Assembly: GCA_041599235.1 (NCBI GenBank)
Contig: JBFHWZ010000001.1
Location: 1-46,365, forward strand
Length of the DNA stretch: 46,365 bases
Direction of reading: 5' to 3'
Source: Candidatus Woesearchaeota archaeon
GTDB lineage: Archaea; Nanobdellota; Nanobdellia; Woesearchaeales; ARS49
Shown here: positions 41,286 to 46,365 of the stretch, one piece after another
Numbering within the stretch: position 1 is the first letter of the stretch
Layout: each line of letters opens with the position of its first letter
The notes under the pieces: generated by a model
What the model saw: the letters and a program-made list of their open reading frames with translations, nothing else
Databases searched by the model: none
Told to the model about the DNA's origin: nothing
Program-made: the position numbers and the translations under genes

Positions 41286-42225
41286 GCAAAACAAGCAAGC
41301 ACCGTATCAGCCAACAGCAGAGGATATGCAATGGGCTGAGCAGTTTGAGCAGCAGATAGGGGAAACTATACAGCAGCATGCCTTAATTGAGCCAGATGAT
41401 AACGTATTTGTTGCAGTAAGCGGTGGCAAAGACAGCACAGCATTATTGTATGTGCTCAAAAAGCTTGGCTATGCAGTGCAGGCAATAACAGTAGATGCAC
41501 ATATTGGGTGTTATACTGAAACTAATCTGAAAAATATTCGTGCTGTGTGCAAAGACCTTGCTGTTAAGCTCTATGAGGTTCCTTTCAGGAAAGTGTTTGG
41601 TGCAAGCTTGTGTCATATTCGTGATACTTTGCAGCAAAAAGGCCACAACTACAAGTCCTGTACGGTCTGCGGAGTATTGCGAAGATACTTGTTGAACAGG
41701 TTTAGCCGTGAGCTCGGGGCAACCAAGCTTGTCTTAGGGCATAACCTGGATGATGAAGCACAGGCAATTCTGATGAACCTTATCAAGAACAAGCAGGAAC
41801 TGAATGTTCGCCTGGGGCCCTTGCCGGGCATTATCAGAAACAAAGGCTTTGTGCCGCGCATCAAGCCCTTGTACTTTACTGAAGAAAAAGATATTGTGCG
41901 GTATTCTAAAATCAGGAACTTTCCTGTGTATTATGGCAAGTGCCCGTGCAGTCTTGATGGCTTTAGAAATTACGTAAAAGACTTTCTGAATGCGCATCAA
42001 AAGATCAATCCTGCTGTCAAGAGAAATATTGTCATGAATTTCCTGCAAAAGCTTCCTGCATTGCAGGCAAAATACGCAACAACAGCGCATCCACAAATGT
42101 GCAATTCGTGCGGTGAGCCAGCAAAAGCGCAGCGCTGCAGAACCTGCACCTTACTTGACCAGTTTCAGTCGGGCAAGCTCAGTTTTGGTGAGAAAACGCC
42201 ACTCTCCACTATTGAGTCCTGCTAG
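41266..42225 (+). CDS. PP-loop ATPase of the TtuA/NcsA/TtcA tRNA-thiolation family
   Basis: VAVSGGKDSTALL (PP-loop), CTVCG, GHNLDDEAQ, GKCPC, and a C-terminal zinc knuckle CNSCGEPAKAQRCRTC. First ATG has SD GAGGA 8 nt upstream and overlaps the previous gene by 20 nt. The alternative start ATG 41326 cannot be excluded. Confidence 0.7.
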   Translation: MPIKLCEQNKQAPYQPTAEDMQWAEQFEQQIGETIQQHALIEPDDNVFVAVSGGKDSTALLYVLKKLGYAVQAITVDAHIGCYTETNLKNIRAVCKDLAVKLYEVPFRKVFGASLCHIRDTLQQKGHNYKSCTVCGVLRRYLLNRFSRELGATKLVLGHNLDDEAQAILMNLIKNKQELNVRLGPLPGIIRNKGFVPRIKPLYFTEEKDIVRYSKIRNFPVYYGKCPCSLDGFRNYVKDFLNAHQKINPAVKRNIVMNFLQKLPALQAKYATTAHPQMCNSCGEPAKAQRCRTCTLLDQFQSGKLSFGEKTPLSTIESC

Positions 42226-42840
42226 CTTAAGCTTTCCTATCTGGGTTCGTTTTAATTTTCTAACACGATAGCCTAAACGCTCAAAAAGCCGTTTGACAAT
42301 ATGCTTTCTGCCTTCGTGGATAGTAATAGTGATTACTTTTGCGCCACTGATATCCTTAGGCACAACAGGTCTGCCGTCAATTTTCAAGCCTTTTTTCAGC
42401 TTAATCAGGTGCTCTTCAAGGAGGGCTTTATGCAAAAGAACTTCGTACGTTTTGGCAAGTTCATAACGAGGATGCATAATTTTGTTTGCAAACTCCCCAT
42501 CATTGGTGAGCAACAGCAGGCCTTGCGCATCTTTATCTAATCTGCCAACAGGAAAAACGCGCTCAGGAACACGCACCACATCAAGAACAGTTTTCCTCCC
42601 TTGCGGATCACTGGCAGTTGAGATTGTGCCGCGCGCTTTATTGAGCATAATATACACTTTGTGCTCAAGCTTGACTTTTTTGTTCTCAACCGTTATGGTG
42701 TCTTTTGCAGGGTCTGCTTTGTCGCCCAGCTTAATGATTTTGCCATTTACTTTTACCTTGCCAGCTGCAATAAGCTCTTCGCATTTTCTCCTGCTGGCAA
42801 TGCCCGCATGGGCAAGGATCTTCTGAACGCGCTCTTCCAT
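42151..42840 (-). CDS. Pseudouridine synthase, RsuA/RluB family, with S4 domain
   Basis: S4 region RVQKILAHAGIASRRKCEELIAAGKVKVNG and catalytic GRLDKDAQGLLLLTNDG. Start set at ATG 42840, leaderless relative to TATA 42862-42869. Confidence 0.88.
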   Translation of the reverse strand: MEERVQKILAHAGIASRRKCEELIAAGKVKVNGKIIKLGDKADPAKDTITVENKKVKLEHKVYIMLNKARGTISTASDPQGRKTVLDVVRVPERVFPVGRLDKDAQGLLLLTNDGEFANKIMHPRYELAKTYEVLLHKALLEEHLIKLKKGLKIDGRPVVPKDISGAKVITITIHEGRKHIVKRLFERLGYRVRKLKRTQIGKLKLAGLNSGEWRFLTKTELARLKLVK

Positions 42841-42854
42841 AGCCTTGTAAAGGG

Positions 42855-42878
42855 CACAAAGATTTAAATAACTTTGTG
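42855..42878. promoter_or_regulatory. Palindromic bidirectional promoter CACAAAG-ATTTAAATAA-CTTTGTG
   Basis: 7-nt perfect inverted arms flank one TATA box in a 52-bp spacer. The TATA centre is 25.5 nt from ATG 42840 (minus) and 27.5 nt from ATG 42893 (plus). Confidence 0.6.
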
Positions 42879-42892
42879 GCAGCAATCAGACT

Positions 42893-43471
42893 ATGAAAGA
42901 TATTGTTTTTCCTCAGCAGAACGAGCAGGAGTTTGTTGCCATGGCCAAGAAGCTTGGCTATACTGAACTGGTATTTGCCTATGAAACGCCTGAGCAGTTC
43001 TATACTAAGCCAGCGAGCATCAAGATAAGTAATGCTGTGGTGTGTGATCCAAAAAAAGTTGAGCGCTATAGGAAGAAAGCAAGTCTGATGCTGGTAAAGC
43101 ACACAGGGCAAGACCGGTATGTGCTTGAGAAAACAAAAGCAGACATCCTGTTCGGGGTAGAAGCAACAACCGAGCGCGACAAAACCCATCAGCGGTCATC
43201 AGGTTTAAACCATATTATGTGCAAAATAGCTGAGCGTAACAAGAAAAAAATAGCTTTTGACTTTAACATGATTCTTACTGCTAAAAGCAAAGCGCGATTG
43301 CTGGGCAGGATGAAACAGAACATAAAGCTCTGCAGAAAGTACAAGGTGCAAACAGTTATTGCATCATTTGCTCAGGATCCTTTAGACATGCGCTCCCCTC
43401 AGGACCTGCAAAGCTTTTTTGTTGTGCTGGGCATGCATCCTGCAGAAGCTAAGAAATCACTCAATTGGTAA
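42893..43471 (+). CDS. rnp3: RNase P protein component 3 (Rpp30 family)
   Basis: Family-like layout: MKDIVFP..AKKLGYTELVFAY at the N-terminus and IAFDFNMIL...NIKLCRKYKVQTVIASFAQDPLDMRSPQDL..LGM at the C-terminus. Confidence 0.6.
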   Translation: MKDIVFPQQNEQEFVAMAKKLGYTELVFAYETPEQFYTKPASIKISNAVVCDPKKVERYRKKASLMLVKHTGQDRYVLEKTKADILFGVEATTERDKTHQRSSGLNHIMCKIAERNKKKIAFDFNMILTAKSKARLLGRMKQNIKLCRKYKVQTVIASFAQDPLDMRSPQDLQSFFVVLGMHPAEAKKSLNW

Positions 43472-44107
43472 GCCAAAACTGCGCCAGCATTCTTCTCGCA
43501 TGGAACGGTCCAGGATTTCAGAACAGTGCTCTGTTTCCTCTGAGCGGTACACGCCGTCTTTGATAGCAATATCTTGGCAGATTGCTTTTGCCTGCATAAA
43601 GTATTCTTCATTCAAGGTAGCTCGTGCAGTGCATGCAGCAAAGTCTTCGGGATGCTCTTCTTCGCAATAGCCTGGGTCTCTGCTTGCTTCTGCTTTGCAC
43701 CAAGAATCGTCACACAACGCAGGGTTGCCAGTAATCAAAGCCCTGCAACTATCTTGGACTTCTTCTGGTTCGCTTCTGCAAAACCCTTCATCTTTTGTTA
43801 TGATTGCTTTGCAGTAATCTGGGTCTTCCATCTGTTCGCATAAGGTCGCATCGCTATTTTTTAGTGCCAACACATACTGGTAATCATCTTGGAAGCTTTG
43901 CTCGCAAGCAGCTAAGGTGTCTGAAAAAGCAGCCTCAAAGGGAACTACTTGTGCATCAGTAACTGGTCGTTCTTGTGATGCAAATTGGATTATGACATAG
44001 ACTGCTAGAATGATCAATAGGGCTATGCCAATGCTTGAAATGATGATCCTGTAAGGCGCCTCTTTGTGCGGCAAAGGCGGATGCGGCAATTCATACTTCT
44101 TAGCCAT
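43457..44107 (-). CDS. Bitopic membrane protein with acidic ectodomain built from short single-Cys repeats
   Basis: TM segment IIISSIGIALLIILAVYVIIQFA. Ectodomain contains LCEQMEDPDYCKAIITKDEGFCRSEPEEVQDSCRALITGNPALCDDSWCKAEASRDPGYCEE. The leaderless TATA at 44129-44138 is centred 27 nt from ATG 44107. Confidence 0.6.
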   Translation of the reverse strand: MAKKYELPHPPLPHKEAPYRIIISSIGIALLIILAVYVIIQFASQERPVTDAQVVPFEAAFSDTLAACEQSFQDDYQYVLALKNSDATLCEQMEDPDYCKAIITKDEGFCRSEPEEVQDSCRALITGNPALCDDSWCKAEASRDPGYCEEEHPEDFAACTARATLNEEYFMQAKAICQDIAIKDGVYRSEETEHCSEILDRSMREECWRSFGLPIE

Positions 44108-44128
44108 GCTATTTTTGTTCCTGCATTC

Positions 44129-44163
44129 CTATTTAAAGCTTTGCGTACGCAACCTTTAAATAG
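44129..44163. promoter_or_regulatory. Two mirrored TATA boxes (CTATTTAAAG / CTTTAAATAG) flanking a 12-nt perfect palindrome TTGCGTACGCAA
   Basis: 10-nt perfect inverted repeat at 44129-44138 and 44154-44163; inner palindrome at 44141-44152. It lies between two divergent surface-protein genes. Confidence 0.55.
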
Positions 44164-44200
44164 TCTTATTTGCTTGTTCGTCTATAAAAGAGGGTTAGTA

Positions 44201-46365
44201 ATGAGGGAAGGGTGTAAAGCAATAGTACTAGCAATGCTTCTTGTAATGCTTGCTCCAAGCGCAACTGCAATTATCACGCAAAACTTTAATCTGCATGTGG
44301 GCAGAAGCATTACTCCTGTATTTCCTACTCCGGGCGTGGGCGAACTTGGCTCAAAAATGGTTTACTTTGATGAGGACTATTATGTTACGCGTGTGCACAT
44401 GTGTTCGCATCGTTCAAAAGGAAGCTCATCAACTATTGCAGGAGATGCTTATCTTGATGGCAACCTTGTTCAATATGGGCCAACACATTACTTCAAACGA
44501 TCAAGTAGTCGAAGCTTATACTGCGTAAACTATTATTTTCCTAATCTCCGTATGGATGCAGTGCATTTTTATGCCACGCGTTATCATAGTCGTGGCCTCA
44601 GTAATGTATATGCAGAGTATTGGCCATACCAATTTTCTCACACAGTTATTGGCTATTCCATAGCAGTACTCGGCGAGCTCGGTGATATACTACAAGGCAG
44701 AACAGTAACCACTGCACCAACACATTACATACGCTCAGATAATCCGCAAGTAAAAGTGTGGGTTGGTGATGAAACACAGTTTAGCAGAACAAGCACCGCA
44801 GATATCACTGAGCCTGTCTTTGCCTGCCTTGATACGAACTTTAATGGCCAGTGTGACTTGCTTGAAGATGATTATGATGAGTGTGATATAGCTGGCGGCG
44901 ACTGGTATAGAGACGAATGCTGCGGTGGAGCAAACGCAACAGTTGCTGACTGTGAGTTTGTAACTGACATTAAAGCATATTGCGGCTATACCACACCAAC
45001 TGAGCCAGAATGGGCTCCCTTAGATGAAAAAGGCAATATTCACGAATTGTTCTTTTGCCCTGGCTTGAGCGTAACCAGTACAGGAGATGAATTTCTCGGG
45101 TGCGAAGTAACTGCCAATGTGACTTTAGCCACTAACATATCAGCTGAACTTAAAAAAACTGATTATGCGGCATCAGCATCGCAATTGTATGTTCCTTCCT
45201 GTGATGATGATATGGGCAGGCTTGGCTGGTTTACTGAAAGCCAGCGTACAGGCAGTGGTGATAATGAGGCAGTAGTGTATCGTTATATTGCAGCATGTGG
45301 CGATGGTGTCTTAGGCGGCCAAATTACAACAGGGACTTGCGCAGCAGACCAAACTTTAGTAGGGTCATTTATTGATAAATATAAGTCTGAATACGGCAAT
45401 GTGTTCACCACGAACTATAATGTGTGCATCAAGGGAAGGTATGGTGGCGAAATACAATCTGCAAGTGGCACAGATACGCCCCCTGCGTGTACGCCGGGGT
45501 TGATTGATGTAGGCACCTGGCAAGACCGCATTGAAACAACAGGCACTGCAAATCAACAACCAACAGTTGATAAGACCTATCGCCTGTGCTTGTCTGACCA
45601 GTTGACTGGCTTGCGGGGCTTTGAGTTTGAGAACATTACAGGCTATAGTGGTTCGCATGAATATTACTGCACAACTGATTATATTTTTGAGTGCCGTGGT
45701 GATGATCCTCAGTACAGTGCAATTAATACGTATGATACTGGCTTTACCAGCACTGATATTGCTGGCCAGCGCTGTCCTAATGGTTTAGTGAGCCATTGGG
45801 CATTTGAAGATGATGCATCAGATTCTATTGGCATAAACAATGGCTCAGCAACAGGTGTTGAATATGTTTCTGGCAAAGTGGGCAAGGCTGCTTCGTTTGC
45901 AACCGGCGACCAAGTGCTGGTGCAGCATGATATCAGCTTGCATCCGCCGCGCAGGTTTAGTGTTGAAGCATGGATTAATCCAAGTGATGTTACGGGAACC
46001 AGGGCTATTGTGCATAAGCGTTCAACTATTTACACAGTGGTTATTGATGGCGGCAAGCTCAAGGCATTAGTGGAAACAGACGGAAGTTCGCCAACAAGCT
46101 TTGTTGGCACACAAGGTATTAATGCAGATGAATGGACGCATATTGCAGTCACGTATAATTCAGGCAGACTGAAATTCTACATCAATGGTGTTTTGAAGGA
46201 AACTATTACGAGCATTACAGGCAGAATTCAGGAATCAACTGGAGAGTTTATTATTGGCAAAGCACGTGGCGGCACTACACAAGCAGTAACTGAGCAATAT
46301 GAAGGTTTAATTGATGAATTAGCATTTTACAATCAAGAGCTTGATGCGCAAACTATAGCAGAGCA
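44201..46365 (+). CDS. Large secreted Cys-rich surface protein, N-terminal 721+ codons (continues beyond window), with LamG/concanavalin-A-like lectin domain
   Basis: Absent from the supplied track because it has no in-window stop. I translated the frame codon by codon from ATG 44201 to 46363 and found no stop. Signal peptide MREGCKAIVLAMLLVMLAPSATA. LamG_3-like pattern from about 45782: LVSHWAFEDDASDSIGINNGSATGVEYVSGKVGKAASF..FSVEAWINPS..EWTHIAVTYNSGRLKFYINGV..GLIDELAFYNQEL. SD AGAGGG lies 7 nt upstream. Confidence 0.85.
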   Translation, partial: MREGCKAIVLAMLLVMLAPSATAIITQNFNLHVGRSITPVFPTPGVGELGSKMVYFDEDYYVTRVHMCSHRSKGSSSTIAGDAYLDGNLVQYGPTHYFKRSSSRSLYCVNYYFPNLRMDAVHFYATRYHSRGLSNVYAEYWPYQFSHTVIGYSIAVLGELGDILQGRTVTTAPTHYIRSDNPQVKVWVGDETQFSRTSTADITEPVFACLDTNFNGQCDLLEDDYDECDIAGGDWYRDECCGGANATVADCEFVTDIKAYCGYTTPTEPEWAPLDEKGNIHELFFCPGLSVTSTGDEFLGCEVTANVTLATNISAELKKTDYAASASQLYVPSCDDDMGRLGWFTESQRTGSGDNEAVVYRYIAACGDGVLGGQITTGTCAADQTLVGSFIDKYKSEYGNVFTTNYNVCIKGRYGGEIQSASGTDTPPACTPGLIDVGTWQDRIETTGTANQQPTVDKTYRLCLSDQLTGLRGFEFENITGYSGSHEYYCTTDYIFECRGDDPQYSAINTYDTGFTSTDIAGQRCPNGLVSHWAFEDDASDSIGINNGSATGVEYVSGKVGKAASFATGDQVLVQHDISLHPPRRFSVEAWINPSDVTGTRAIVHKRSTIYTVVIDGGKLKALVETDGSSPTSFVGTQGINADEWTHIAVTYNSGRLKFYINGVLKETITSITGRIQESTGEFIIGKARGGTTQAVTEQYEGLIDELAFYNQELDAQTIAE

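Noticed and set aside
42151-42225. 75-bp convergent overlap of the TtuA-like gene and the pseudouridine synthase as a sign of frameshift or a mis-called end
   Set aside because: Both C-termini look native: the zinc knuckle is complete before the overlap, and the RsuA-family end GEWRFLTKTELARL is intact. Other convergent overlaps of 26-32 bp occur in this window, so this reflects genome compaction.
42731-43189. 152-aa minus-strand ORF spanning the divergent promoter
   Set aside because: It runs through the palindromic TATA at 42855-42878 and is antisense to the Rpp30 gene. It is incompatible with the promoter geometry.
1-46365. tRNA, rRNA, RNase P RNA or SRP RNA genes
   Set aside because: Visual scanning of all spacers longer than 40 nt found no cloverleaf-compatible segment with a GTTC-type T-loop and no long structured non-coding region. 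This is a manual search only and should be confirmed with tRNAscan-SE/Infernal.

Overview
Very gene-dense archaeal chromosome segment: about 50 genes in 46 kb, many 1-4 nt start/stop overlaps, and convergent 3' overlaps of up to 75 bp. First genes of transcription units are mostly leaderless or near-leaderless, with an A-rich BRE plus TATA box (typically AAAGATTTAAATA or CTTTAAATA) centred about 26-28 nt upstream of the start codon. Internal genes carry GGAGG/GGTGA Shine-Dalgarno motifs. I used this geometry to correct several N-terminally over-extended ORFs in the supplied track. Most content is information-processing core: tbp, mcm, an RPA32-like OB-fold protein and aIF2-beta. A translationally coupled cdc6-polB-polC operon (Orc1/Cdc6, PolD small, PolD large) abuts an AT-rich putative replication origin with three TTCCA-N3-GAAA ORB-like elements. 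Also present are tfe, hjc, a histone, RNase Z, tRNA splicing endonuclease, fen1, a Trm5-like methyltransferase, PAN, two aminopeptidases, tyrS, rfcS, pelota, pheS/pheT, rpl14e, rpl34e, a ThiI-like/TtuA-like pair, a pseudouridine synthase and RNase P Rpp30. PolD plus a histone, tiny spacers and many orphan surface proteins suggest a small-genome, DPANN-like archaeon; this is inference only. I saw no rRNA, tRNA, CRISPR array, transposase, integrase or intein. The best candidate for something undescribed is a 6.7-kb block (27692-34435) between rfcS and pelota. It holds seven consecutive genes, all encoding exported or membrane proteins with no catalytic or family motif I can name. They are three paralogous lipobox proteins with six conserved cysteines, a polytopic membrane protein with a large ectodomain, and a bitopic protein with a three-fold internal repeat. 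Divergently transcribed from these are a secreted protein that is roughly 28 percent tyrosine and a secreted Asp-rich repeat protein with a Tyr-rich tail. Other points worth a second look: a 721+ codon signal-peptide/LamG ORF at the right edge that the ORF track omits; a candidate C/D-box sRNA in a 78-nt convergent gap; three 52-54 bp divergent spacers each served by one central TATA box; a ThiI-like protein with a degenerate PP-loop coupled to an intact PP-loop thiolase; and Lys/Ala-rich tails on TBP and L14e.
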